Translations under genes and position numbers: made by a program | Shown: positions 51,398 to 60,059 of the stretch, piece after piece | Layout of the letters: each line of letters starts with the position of its first letter | How positions within the stretch are numbered: the first letter of the stretch is position 1 | Origin: an uncultured Acidimicrobiales bacterium | GTDB lineage: Bacteria; Actinomycetota; Acidimicrobiia; Acidimicrobiales; DATKAS01 | DNA: 64,000 bases | NCBI GenBank assembly: GCA_963739555.1 | Contig: CAVUAV010000012.1 | Coordinates: 135,581-199,580, forward strand | Direction of reading: 5' to 3' | The notes under the pieces: generated by a model | The model's database searches: none | Seen by the model: the letters and a program-made list of their open reading frames with translations, nothing else | Told to the model about the DNA's origin: nothing

Positions 51398-52839
51398 TCG
51401 ACGATCCCGAGGCCGCGACGACGACGGTTGCCGATGTCACCGTCGTCCCCGACGAGACCGAAGCCGTCGACAAGACCGAGCCGAGCGCGCGCGACACGAT
51501 CCGCAACACGTCGCCGGGGATGCCTCCTGTCGCGCCCCCGCCAGTCGCGATCGAGACGCCCTCGTCGCCTCCGCCGCGCGGCCCGGGGCGCAAGCTGCAT
51601 CGCGTCCACACGCGACCGTGGCGCACCGCGGCGATCTGGATGGTGATGCTGCTGATCGCGGTTGCGATCCCCGTGTTGGGGGGCGTCGCCGCGAAGACCA
51701 TCGTCGACAGCCGCGAGGGTCGTCTCGTGAAGAGAGAAGGGCGCGCGGCGGACATCGTGCTTCCGCCGACGCCTGCGCAGCTGCTCGTGAGCCTCGATGC
51801 GACGGGCGCGCCTCAGTCGATCGCTGTCGCGTCGCTCAGCCCCGGCGGGCGCGGCGGCTCCCTCGTCCTCCTGCCGACGCTTCTGCGTGTGAACGTGCCC
51901 GGAGTCGGTGACGCCCCGCTCGGCAGTGCGTTCGCCACGGGCGGCGCGCCGTTGCTGCGTCAGACCGTCGAGAGCCTGCTCGACGTGCGGCTCGAACAGG
52001 TCTCGGTGCTCGACCCGTCGACGTGGCCGAACGTGGTCACAGGCAACGTGACGGTGTCGTTCGACGACCCGGTCGGCACACCTGGTCCTGACGGGCGGCT
52101 CGACGTGCTCTTCCCCGCGGGGCCGGCAACGTTGACCGCGGCTGACTTGACGACCGCGTTCGGCGCGCACGCCGCCGACGAGACCGAGGCCGCACGCCTG
52201 GTGCGCTACCAGAGCCTGTGGGACGGAGTCATCACCTCGATCCAGGCGACGACCCCCCCTCCGCCGGCCACCACCACCACCGTCGCGAGCGGTGACGCAC
52301 AGGTCGCGCCGCCGCCCTTGCCGGTCGAGCAGTTCATGGCCTCGCTGGCCGCCGGTGCGTACCAGGTGCAGGTGCTGCCCGTGAACGCCCTGCCAGGCGA
52401 GCCCGAGGCGTATGCGCCCGACGAGGGGCCGATGCGCCTGCTCGTCGCCGAGGCGATGCCCGGCGCGGTCTCTCCGCCGACGAACAGTGCCCGCATCCGC
52501 CTCGTGAACACGACCGGCGACCCCGCTGCGATGCTCACCGCGGCCGACCTGGTCCTGGTGCTCCAAGCGAACCTCGTGATCGCGAGCGACGACAGCCTGG
52601 TGTCGAGCACTCAAGTGCTCTACGCGACGCCCGGGTTCAAGGGAGCGGCCGAATTCGTCGCGAAGTCGCTCGGTGTGGGAACCGTCGCCCAGGACGCTAC
52701 GGTCGTCGACGGCATCGACCTCACGGTGGTGCTGGGCAAGGACTTCGAGGCGCAAGTTGCCAAGCACGAGGCCGCGGCGCCCGTGACATCGACGCTCGTG
52801 ACGTCGACGACGACTCAGGAGACGAGCACCACTGGCTGA
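51394..52839 (+). CDS. Membrane-anchored protein with a C-terminal LytR_C domain
   Basis: A GTGA overlap links it to nadD. The TM segment is 'AAIWMVMLLIAVAIPVLGGVAA'. The C-terminus is 'IRLVNTTGDPAAMLTAADLVL...TQVLYATPGFKGAAEFVAKSLGVG...IDLTVVLGKDF'. It sits in the usual nadD to rsfS position. Confidence 0.75.
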   Translation: MIDDPEAATTTVADVTVVPDETEAVDKTEPSARDTIRNTSPGMPPVAPPPVAIETPSSPPPRGPGRKLHRVHTRPWRTAAIWMVMLLIAVAIPVLGGVAAKTIVDSREGRLVKREGRAADIVLPPTPAQLLVSLDATGAPQSIAVASLSPGGRGGSLVLLPTLLRVNVPGVGDAPLGSAFATGGAPLLRQTVESLLDVRLEQVSVLDPSTWPNVVTGNVTVSFDDPVGTPGPDGRLDVLFPAGPATLTAADLTTAFGAHAADETEAARLVRYQSLWDGVITSIQATTPPPPATTTTVASGDAQVAPPPLPVEQFMASLAAGAYQVQVLPVNALPGEPEAYAPDEGPMRLLVAEAMPGAVSPPTNSARIRLVNTTGDPAAMLTAADLVLVLQANLVIASDDSLVSSTQVLYATPGFKGAAEFVAKSLGVGTVAQDATVVDGIDLTVVLGKDFEAQVAKHEAAAPVTSTLVTSTTTQETSTTG

Positions 52840-52843
52840 GAAG

Positions 52844-53215
52844 GTGACCGAGAGCACCGTCGAGGAATGGGCCAAGCGCGCGGCCCGTGCCGCGGTGGAC
52901 AAGAAGGCCGACGATCCGGTGGTGCTCTTCGTGGGTGGAGTTCTCGCGATCACCGACTACTTCGTGATCGTCAGCGGTGCGAACAGCCGGCAGGTGCGCA
53001 CGATCGCGGACGCGGTCGAGGAGGAGCTCGGGCGCGAGGGCGGCCCAAAGCCTCTGCGCGTCGAGGGCCTCAACGACCTCACGTGGGTGCTCATCGACTA
53101 CGGCGACCTCGTCGTGCACGTCTTCCTCGACGAGACGCGTCACTACTACGAGCTCGAGCGCTTGTGGAGTGACGTGCCGCGCGTCGCCTGGGCCGAGCCC
53201 GTCGCGACGCGCTGA
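52844..53215 (+). CDS. rsfS: Ribosome silencing factor RsfS
   Basis: 'AVDKKADDPVVLFVGGVLAITDYFVIVSGANSRQVRTIADAVEE' and 'WVLIDYGDLVVHVFLDETRHYYELERLW' are present. Confidence 0.93.
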   Translation: MTESTVEEWAKRAARAAVDKKADDPVVLFVGGVLAITDYFVIVSGANSRQVRTIADAVEEELGREGGPKPLRVEGLNDLTWVLIDYGDLVVHVFLDETRHYYELERLWSDVPRVAWAEPVATR

Positions 53216-53693
53216 TCACTCGCCGGCTGCGGCCTTTGCTTTGGCCTTCTCGCGGGCGAGCCGACTGCGTTCGAGCAGCGCGGCAGGCACCTTCTTCGCC
53301 GCTTCTGACATCGCGTCGTCCGCGGCGGCTCCGGCACCGGCCGCTGCGGGGGCGGCGGCTGCGGGCTCGTCGGCCGCGACTTCGTCGAACGACGGGCGGG
53401 ACCATCCCGGGCTGCCAGTAGGTGTAGAGCCCCTCGATGACCTCTTTGAGGCCGTGGGGCTCGAAGCCCTTCTTGACGTCGACGGTGATCATGTTCATGT
53501 AGACGTGCACACCGTCGACCTTGCCGGTGTCCAGCAGCCGGCGTGCGAGCTCGTCAGTCGGACGGTGCCCGGTGATCCCGGCGAGCGAAGCGAAGTGCTC
53601 GTGCCCCATGCCGGTGAAGCTGCGATTCGTCTCGAACCGGACGATGCCGGGCTTGCTCGAGGGCTTCTCGGTGACGGCGATCGGCTGACCCAC
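53216..53693 (-). CDS. Nfu/NifU N-terminal-domain-like protein with an Ala/Lys-rich tail. One frameshift near 53397.
   Basis: 'IAVTEKPSSKPGIVRFETNRSFTGMG...PTDELARRLLDTGKVDGVHVYMNMITVDVKKGFEPHGLKEVIEGLY' is in ORF 53091..54488. The tail 'PSFDEVAADEPAAAAP...AALLERSRLAREKAKAKAAAGE*' is in a shifted frame and ends at TGA 53216-53218. The start is GTG 53693 or ATG 53763. Confidence 0.6.
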
Positions 53694-53726
53694 GGCGGTG
53701 AGGGTAGTGGCGTCAGACTGCGGCCC

Positions 53727-54317
53727 GTGGATGCAGCGAAGGCAGACCTCCATCACTACCTCCAGGTCGGGCGGGAGGCGCTCGTCTGGAAGCTCGAAGG
53801 CCTGTCCGAGTACGACATCCGTCGGCCGATGACTCCCACGGGCACGAACTTGTTGGGACTCGTCAAGCACGCGGCAGGGGTTGAGCTCGGCTACTTCGGC
53901 GAGGTGTTTGGACGGCCCATTGACGAACCGTGGCCGTGGTTCGACGAAGGCGCCGATCCCAACGCCGACATGTGGGCGACTCCGGAGGAGTCGCGAGACG
54001 ACATCGTCGCCCTGTACCGGCGGACGTGGACCCATGCTGACGCCACCATCGACGCGCTGCCGCTCGACGCGCTCGGCTCGGTCGCCTGGTGGCCGGAGGA
54101 GAGGCGCGAAGTCACGCTGCACCTGATCCTGGTGCACGTCATCGCCGACATCGACCGCCACGCGGGGCACGCCGACATCATCCGCGAGCTGATCGACGGC
54201 GCGGTCGGCCTGAGGGCCGACAGCAGCAACCTTCCGCCGGCCGAGCAGGAGTGGTGGGCCAGCTATCGCGACCAGCTCGAGCATGCCGCGGAGGAGGCAC
54301 ACCGTCTGTGGAGCTAA
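53727..54317 (+). CDS. DinB/DUF664 family protein (mycothiol-transferase-like)
   Basis: 'LVWKLEGLSEYDIRRPMTPTGTNLLGLVKHAAGVELGYFGEVFG' and 'HLILVHVIADIDRHAGHADIIRELIDG' (His triad region) are present. The only in-frame start is GTG 53727. Confidence 0.8.
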   Translation: MDAAKADLHHYLQVGREALVWKLEGLSEYDIRRPMTPTGTNLLGLVKHAAGVELGYFGEVFGRPIDEPWPWFDEGADPNADMWATPEESRDDIVALYRRTWTHADATIDALPLDALGSVAWWPEERREVTLHLILVHVIADIDRHAGHADIIRELIDGAVGLRADSSNLPPAEQEWWASYRDQLEHAAEEAHRLWS

Positions 54318-54688
54318 CGGTGTCTTCGACACCGGGAACTGCGTGCAGGCGGTGCGGTATGGGGTGCCGGTGCCGAAGTATTTCGTCCACCGGCGATGTC
54401 GGGCGCAAAGTCGTCTCGGTGCGGTCCCTTGGGGGCGAGCTCGACAGTGACTCGATCGCCAGGCCGGACGCCACAGCCCCGCCGCCACGCGGCCCGAGCA
54501 GACTGCCGTGGCCGTCGTGTAACGGCTCGACGACGGCGCGCGCTGCTCAACAGCAAGGTCGCAGGTCGCTCGCGAGCGCCACGGCCGGAGTTACCCCTTG
54601 TCTCCGAACAACGGGTGACGAGTCCATCACGCGAGACCGGCGGTGAGGGCCAAACGTCCGGCTGCTCGTAGCACGAGCCCGGCCAGTC

Positions 54689-55681
54689 TCAGCGTGGCGA
54701 GCGGATGCCTCCCCGCAGTCCGTCGTCGACGCTGGTGAACCGGTGAGCGGCGAGCCACAGGCGCAGCAGATGGCGGCGCTGGGCGGGGTCGTCCTCGTCT
54801 TCGTAGGCCTCGCGTGAGTGCAGGATCTTGCCGTTGTTGAGCAGCTGCACGTCGCCAGGCGCGAAGTCCATCTCGAGGTGAAACGTCCGGTCATTGGCGA
54901 TCGACTCGAGCAGCTCCATCGCCTCACACTGCTCGCCCGTGAGGCGAGGCACGTCCGGATGGCGTTGCGCGTCCCGGATGTACCAGCCGATATAGAAGAC
55001 TCGCGGTGTGCCGTTGAGGTCGCTGATCGGCGCCAGCTCGAACCACGGCTGTCCGCCCGCAGCATCGTCGCCTTGGCGGTCCCAGTACATCGGGCGGTAG
55101 AGGACGTCGACGAGGTCTGGGCGTCGGCGCAGCATCTCGTTGTAGACGGCGCCAGAGCTGACGATCCTGCTCTCCCCGCCCGACTTGGCGCTGTGCAGGC
55201 ACAGCAGGCCGATGATGTCGGCGCCATCCGTGTGGAAGTCCTGCCGCTCGCGGGTTCGATAGAGCCGCACCTGCGGTCCGCTTTCGGGGAGCCGCTCATC
55301 GCGGATGTGCGTGAGCAGCTCGCCGGCTGCGTTCTGGGTAACCGGTTGCCCGAGGTGCAACCCCAGGCCGACGTAGGCGAGCTCGATTTCGTCGTCGGCC
55401 AATAGGTCGATCGGGAACCGACGGAGCAGCACGAAGCCACGGCCGTCACTGAGCATCCTCGACCACTCGGTGATCGCGTCTTCCATCGTCGACAGCGAGA
55501 ACTCGGCGAGCGCCAACGTGCTCGGCGCGATCCCGGCCGAACGGGCGGCCCGAGCTGCCGTCGCGATTTCGTCACGTTGCTCGTTCGTCAGCGCGATCGA
55601 CCAATCCGTCGGCGAGAGATCGCTCGAGCGCCACACCGCTGGTGGCACCTGCCGTTTACGGGCGGGGAGATCGGTTGTCAC
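54689..55681 (-). CDS. TauD/TfdA-family Fe(II)/2-oxoglutarate-dependent dioxygenase
   Basis: An intact 330-aa ORF. 'QDFHTDGADIIGLLCL' carries the HxD of the facial triad. 'GDVQLLNNGKILHSREAY' carries the distal His, and 'RHLLRLWL' carries the 2OG-binding Arg. Confidence 0.85.
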   Translation of the reverse strand: MTTDLPARKRQVPPAVWRSSDLSPTDWSIALTNEQRDEIATAARAARSAGIAPSTLALAEFSLSTMEDAITEWSRMLSDGRGFVLLRRFPIDLLADDEIELAYVGLGLHLGQPVTQNAAGELLTHIRDERLPESGPQVRLYRTRERQDFHTDGADIIGLLCLHSAKSGGESRIVSSGAVYNEMLRRRPDLVDVLYRPMYWDRQGDDAAGGQPWFELAPISDLNGTPRVFYIGWYIRDAQRHPDVPRLTGEQCEAMELLESIANDRTFHLEMDFAPGDVQLLNNGKILHSREAYEDEDDPAQRRHLLRLWLAAHRFTSVDDGLRGGIRSPR

Positions 55682-55731
55682 GAGCCGTCAACAGCAGCCG
55701 CTGCTGTGAGGACGAGTTGGACACGAGACAT
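55678..55731 (-). pseudogene. 17-codon remnant of an ArsI/CadI-family gene 5' end (MSRVQLVLTAAAAVDGS*). Its stop overlaps the TauD GTG start.
   Basis: The first 7 codons, the GGAGG RBS and ~15 nt upstream resemble the start of the intact arsI/cadI at 57204. The TGA (55678-55680) overlaps GTG (55679-55681) of the dioxygenase. Confidence 0.6.
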
Positions 55732-55752
55732 GGGATGCCTCCGGAGCGATTG
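55708..55752. repeat. Copy A of the arsI/cadI 5' region (partner 57181..57223)
   Basis: Copy A is GAGGACGAGTTGGACACGAGACATGGGATGCCTCCGGAGCGATTG. Copy B is GAGAGCGAGTTGGACACGGGACACGGGAACCTCCGATAGATTG. By-eye identity is roughly 80 percent, with one 2-nt indel. Confidence 0.75.
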
Positions 55753-55986
55753 CACGTCACATTAAGGTCCACTCGCCGCAGGTCTTCCTTCTGACTACTC
55801 GCGGTTCGAATCGGTACCCAACGCCTCGAATTGTCGTGATCGGCGGGGGGGGAGGTCGCTGTCGCGGCCGTTCGTCGCGACTGGGTTCCTCGGGGCCTTG
55901 CACGACCCATTCGACGTTCGCCGGTCGAGACTGACCTGTTTCGCCAAGAGCGGCGCGGTTGAATCTCAGAAGCAGGCGATACGGCG

Positions 55987-56649
55987 TCAGGCGACAGGCA
56001 CGTCGAGGCTGGCCAGCAGAGCCCGCACCCGTTGTTCGATCTCGTCGCGGATCGGGCGCACCGTGTCGATGTCTTGTCCCGCGGGGTCGTCGAGGTCCCA
56101 GTCCTCGTAGCGCTTGCCGGGGAAGAGGGGGCAGGCGTCGCCGCAGCCCATGGTGATGACCACGTCGGCGGCGCGGACGATCTCATCGGTCCAGGGCTTG
56201 GGAAACTCCTGCGCGATGTCGATGCCGACCTCGGCCATGGCCATGACCGCGGACGGGTTGACTTCCTTGCCGGGCTCGGACCCGCCCGACCAGGCGACCG
56301 CTCGCCCCCCGGCGAGATGGTTGAACCAGCCGAGGGCCATCTGCGAGCGGCCGGCGTTATGCACGCAGAGGAACAGCACGGTTGGCAGACCGTCGCGCGT
56401 GAGGCCTTCGATCTTGGCCAGTGCCTTGAGTCGTTGCCGGGCGAAGCGTTCGGCCATGAGCGGAAGGAACGTGACGATCGTGGCGTTGGTGGCGAACTGC
56501 TCGTAGCTGGTGGCGAGGAACTGCTCGATGGTCTCGATGGAGAACACCCCGTCGAAGTCGCGCTGCAGGTTGACCGCTGCCGAGCGGAGCGAGCGTTGCT
56601 GTTCGATGGTCAGGTCCTGAAGGGAGGGCATGCTGGGTCTCCTTTTCAA
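55987..56649 (-). CDS. arsC: Arsenate reductase (LMW-PTPase type) with an N-terminal ~90-aa helical extension
   Basis: 'VLFLCVHNAGRSQMA' is the CX5R P-loop, and 'VITMGCGDACP' and 'DWDLDDPAG' are also present. Confidence 0.88.
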   Translation of the reverse strand: MKRRPSMPSLQDLTIEQQRSLRSAAVNLQRDFDGVFSIETIEQFLATSYEQFATNATIVTFLPLMAERFARQRLKALAKIEGLTRDGLPTVLFLCVHNAGRSQMALGWFNHLAGGRAVAWSGGSEPGKEVNPSAVMAMAEVGIDIAQEFPKPWTDEIVRAADVVITMGCGDACPLFPGKRYEDWDLDDPAGQDIDTVRPIRDEIEQRVRALLASLDVPVA

Positions 56650-56754
56650 GGTGGCTACGGCGCGTGATCTTGAGCCGCGTCACCGTCGCGGTCTATTTCG
56701 ACGGCCCGTCGACAGGGCATGGTCGATATCGACGCATGGCAAACGCCCACCAGG

Positions 56755-57204
56755 TCAGCAGCAGCGGGCTTCGGCTTCGGGGACTGACGCGCAGCACAGC
56801 GAGTCGCCCTGGTCGTCGACATGTGTCGAGGACACGCCGAAGCTGTCGCTGTCCTCGATAACTGTGTAGATCTCCCACGCGCCGTCGGGCCCGTCGACCC
56901 AGACCTTGTCCTGCTTGGCGAAGCAACAGGTGCCGTTCTCCTCGATCGGCGTCAGCCCTTCACTAGTGAGCCGGGCCTGCGCGGCGGCGACGTCGTCGGT
57001 GGAGAACACCTCGACGCCGAGGTGGTTCAGCCGACTGTCCGCGCTCGTGTTCTCGAACAGGACCAACTTGAGCGGCGGATCGGCGATGGCGAAGTTGGCG
57101 TAGCCGGGCTTGCGCTTGTGGGGTTCTGCCGCGAACAGCTTGGAGTAGAAGGCGACGGCGGCGTCGATGTCGGGGACGTTGAGAGCGAGTTGGACACGGG
57201 ACAC
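56755..57204 (-). CDS. ArsI/CadI family heavy-metal/organoarsenical resistance metalloenzyme (VOC/glyoxalase fold)
   Basis: 'MSRVQLALNVPDIDAAVAFYSKLFAAEPHKRKPGYANFAIADPPLKLVLFEN...LNHLGVEV...NGTCCFAKQDKVWV' includes the vicinal Cys pair. The Cys-rich C-terminal tail is 'LCCASVPEAEARCC'. Confidence 0.88.
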   Translation of the reverse strand: MSRVQLALNVPDIDAAVAFYSKLFAAEPHKRKPGYANFAIADPPLKLVLFENTSADSRLNHLGVEVFSTDDVAAAQARLTSEGLTPIEENGTCCFAKQDKVWVDGPDGAWEIYTVIEDSDSFGVSSTHVDDQGDSLCCASVPEAEARCC

Positions 57205-57272
57205 GGGAACCTCCGATAGATTGACCGTTGTCTATACCTTAGCAACAGATCGACGCGTGTCAATACGTTACT
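57205..57272. promoter_or_regulatory. Divergent arsI/arsR promoter-operator region
   Basis: A 68-bp stretch, visibly AT-richer, lies between divergent starts. It has a GGAGG RBS for arsI and short inverted repeats: ATAGA(57216-57220)/TCTAT(57231-57235) and TTGAC(57221-57225)/GTCAA(57259-57263). No operator consensus could be verified. Confidence 0.4.
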
Positions 57273-57623
57273 GTGAGGATGACGATGACTGCCAGCAGGA
57301 CCCGGATCGCAGTGACCGACGTCGAGTGCTGCTCGGTGCTCGAGGCGCCGATCGACCCCCGTCAAGCGGGTGAGCTCGCGCACGCGTTCGCGGCGCTCGC
57401 GGATCCGGTGCGGCTGCGACTGTTCAGCCTCATCGCCGCCGCCGGCAGTGCATGCTCGTGTGACTTGATCGAGCCGATCGGCAAGAGCCAGCCCACCGTC
57501 AGCCACCACACCAAGGTGCTGGCCGACGCCGGGCTGATCACCGGGGAGAAGTCCGGCCGGTGGGTGAACTGGTCGGTTGTCCCGGAGCGGGTGGCTCAGG
57601 TCCGCGCCGCGCTCGCGCCGTAG
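57273..57623 (+). CDS. arsR: ArsR/SmtB family metalloregulator
   Basis: 'ALADPVRLRLFSLIAAAGSACSCDLIEPIGKSQPTVSHHTKVLADAGLI' is the HTH with a CxC metal site, and the N-terminal Cys pair is 'VECCS'. Alternative ATG starts lie at 57279 and 57285. Confidence 0.88.
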   Translation: MRMTMTASRTRIAVTDVECCSVLEAPIDPRQAGELAHAFAALADPVRLRLFSLIAAAGSACSCDLIEPIGKSQPTVSHHTKVLADAGLITGEKSGRWVNWSVVPERVAQVRAALAP

Positions 57624-58074
57624 CAGCCGACGGCGGCGGCAGGTGATGGTTGGTGGGCGCATTGAGTTCGAAGCGCGTCTATATGCCGGAGAAGTACGCG
57701 GTCGAGGGCCCGAGAGGACGTCGATCCGGCGGAGCTGGTGAGCCTCATCCTTCCGTACGTTGACGCGTCCAGATGCTTCCCCGCACGGCGAGGGTGATGC
57801 GTGGCGAGACGGTGCTCGTGCCCGGCGCGGCCGGCCCGTAGCGGAGACCGCGGCCCTCGAGCTCGGAGCCGTTTGGAGCGTCAGGCGTGGGTGCAGCCGA
57901 CTCGATCGGCGCAGTGGGGTCGTCGTTCTGCCCCGCATCATGGTGTCCACGTGTCCGGCGACAAGAAGAGTCGAAGGTCTCTGGCCCGCGCGTGTGGCTC
58001 GGTGCAGATTCAGGGCATGCCGCCCGCAGGCCGCGGTCGTCTGCCGCGCGGGGCGGACCGAAGGGAGGACAACT

Positions 58075-58488
58075 ATGCACTTCCCAAGGAGAGACCTGCT
58101 TGCGACGGGCTTGGTCGCGGTCGCGGGCTTCATCTATGTGCTCTGGACCTTGGACGTTGTGAGTAACGTCCGCGTTGCGGGGATTGTGATGCTGGTGTGT
58201 GGGTTTGCGGCGTCCGCGAGCGCGGTCGTCCCCGGCTTCGATGACCTGCTGCGCGGCAACAAGGCCTACCTCGTGCTCACCTCGCTCATCGGCTTGCTCG
58301 CCCTCGTCGGCGGCGCAGCGGTTCTCTTCGCCGCGAGCGAAACAGCACTCACCGTAGTCATGGCTGCGATGGTCGTCCTGTGGGCAGTCACGACTGCCCA
58401 TCATCTGTTGCTCGCCGCGCCCTCACACGCGCGAGAGACGCCTCATACGCCGAGGCCCGGATCGCAGCCCACCACACTCAGCCACTGA
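58075..58488 (+). CDS. Small integral membrane protein (about 4 TM), function unknown
   Basis: ATG 58075 lies in the frame of ORF 57760..58488. Hydrophobic runs are 'LLATGLVAVAGFIYVLW', 'VAGIVMLVCGFAASASAV', 'LVLTSLIGLLALVGGAAVLF' and 'LTVVMAAMVVLWAVTTA'. Confidence 0.5.
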   Translation: MHFPRRDLLATGLVAVAGFIYVLWTLDVVSNVRVAGIVMLVCGFAASASAVVPGFDDLLRGNKAYLVLTSLIGLLALVGGAAVLFAASETALTVVMAAMVVLWAVTTAHHLLLAAPSHARETPHTPRPGSQPTTLSH

Positions 58489-58565
58489 CAGCGAGGGCTG
58501 GCGTTACTCGCCATCGGGGACCTTTGACCCTTCCGGGAGCGAGGCTGGGGCGGGATCCTCGGCTC

Positions 58566-58817
58566 ATGAAGAAGTTGCTGATTGCCGTGGCGGTGCTCAC
58601 CGGCATCGCCTTCCTCGCCAAGCGGTTCGCTCCGGATCTCTCCAAGATTGACTGGGAGAAGAAGTTCGACGCGATGCCCGACAACGCGCCGCCCAAGTGG
58701 ATGTTCACGAACATCGGCGCGATCCGCGACAACACGGAACGCATCATCGAGCTGCTGGAGGGCAGAGCCGAACGAGTTGGAGTCGAGCCGGAAGTGGTCG
58801 AAGGAACAACGCGATGA
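58566..58817 (+). CDS. Small N-terminally anchored protein (83 aa), function unknown
   Basis: 'MKKLLIAVAVLTGIAFLAKRF' is a TM or signal segment, followed by a charged helical tail. The stop forms an ATGA overlap with the next gene. Confidence 0.5.
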   Translation: MKKLLIAVAVLTGIAFLAKRFAPDLSKIDWEKKFDAMPDNAPPKWMFTNIGAIRDNTERIIELLEGRAERVGVEPEVVEGTTR

Positions 58818-59591
58818 AGGTGCTCACGGTGTTCGCGCACAACGACCGGCGCTCGTTCTGTGGCGGCGTCCTCGAAAGCTTCTCGGCCGGCCTCGCCGAC
58901 GCCGGCCACACCAACGAGGTCCTCGACCTCTACGCGATCAAGTTCGATCCCGTGTTCCGGGACCAGGACGTCGCCAGCTACACCAGCGGTAACATGCCGA
59001 CCGACATCCTCGAACTCATGGATCTCGAACAACGCGTGCTGCGGTCGTGCCGCGGGCCGCTCCAACGGTTCTTGGCCGCTCGAGCGATGCGCGGAAAATC
59101 GCAGTCTGAGATCGCCACGATGATCCGGAACCACATGCCCAAGGACGTCCTCGCTCAGCAGAAGAAGGTCGCGGACGCGGACGCTCTCGCGTTCATTGCC
59201 CCGATCCATTTCTGTAGCTTCCCGTCGATCCTCAAGGGCTGGATCGACCGCGTCTTCACCCTCGACTTCGCGTTCGGCCTCACCTCCGAAGGCTGGCGCG
59301 GCGACATCAACGGACGGATACCCCTCCTGCAACACCAACGCGCGCTCGATCATGACCTCGACGATCTTCAACGAGCACGCCTATGACGATGGCATTCGCG
59401 ACGCCATCGCCAAGGTCATCGACGACTGGGGCTTCCGCTACCCCGGCATCCAAGACGTCGAACACGTCTACTTCTACGCCGCCACCGCGGCCCCGCCCGA
59501 GACCATCAAGGCCTACCTCGATCAGGCCTACGAACTCGGCAAGAGCTTCGGCGTGCCACGAGCAGCGCGGGCATCGCTCGCCACCAACTAG
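58814..59591 (+). CDS. Flavodoxin-fold NAD(P)H-dependent oxidoreductase (quinone-reductase-like). One frameshift near 59345.
   Basis: 'MKVLTVFAHNDRRSFCGGVLESF', 'LDLYAIKFDPVF' and 'ADALAFIAPIHFCSFPSILKGWIDRVF' are in ORF 58697..59386. The protein continues as 'IMTSTIFNEHAYDDGIRDAI...VEHVYFYAA' in ORF 59196..59591. Confidence 0.75.
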
Positions 59592-60059
59592 GCCCACCGT
59601 GCCGTGAGACCGCCACCCGATCGTCCGGCAACGCCTCGTGAGCAGAGGCCGAACGTGCAACCGCTGCGCAGCAACGATTTCGTCCGCGACCGCGGTCGCT
59701 AGTTCGTTGCTGTGGTGCTGACAGCGGGCCGTTGAGACCAGGGGTCGTGACGCGCGCGCATCGGCAGCAGGTCTACCCGGCCCGGGGGCTGTGGTGAGGA
59801 CCCTCGAGCTTCGCGATGTCGGCAAGCACCGCGTGAAGTTGGCGCGAGACCGCGGCAACGGCGTAGGGCGGCGCGTCCTCGACATGTCGCGGCGAGCGCG
59901 GCGAGCTGATCGAGTTCCGGATCCGTTCCGGTGGCTGCGGCTGCGATGCCGCGGCGACCACCGATTGACGGTGTGACAGGACCTTGGCCTCTGCCTGCGA
60001 TCGAACGACCGCTCTACGGTCATGTCGACGCACTTCCGATGCCCAGTCAGGAGGTGTCG

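Noticed and set aside
55803-55812. A GGTTCGAATC motif resembling a tRNA T-loop, considered as a possible tRNA gene or att-site remnant at the island edge.
   Set aside because: - The flanking bases (CGCGG ... GGTAC) cannot form a T-stem.
- No acceptor or anticodon arms could be folded by eye.
- No integrase is nearby.
- A tRNAscan/ARAGORN run would settle it.
55845-55852. A G8 homopolymer in the arsC-dioxygenase intergenic region, considered as a possible phase-variation tract.
   Set aside because: - It is short, intergenic and in a sequence with many apparent indel errors.
- No promoter spacing or ORF depends on it as far as I can see.
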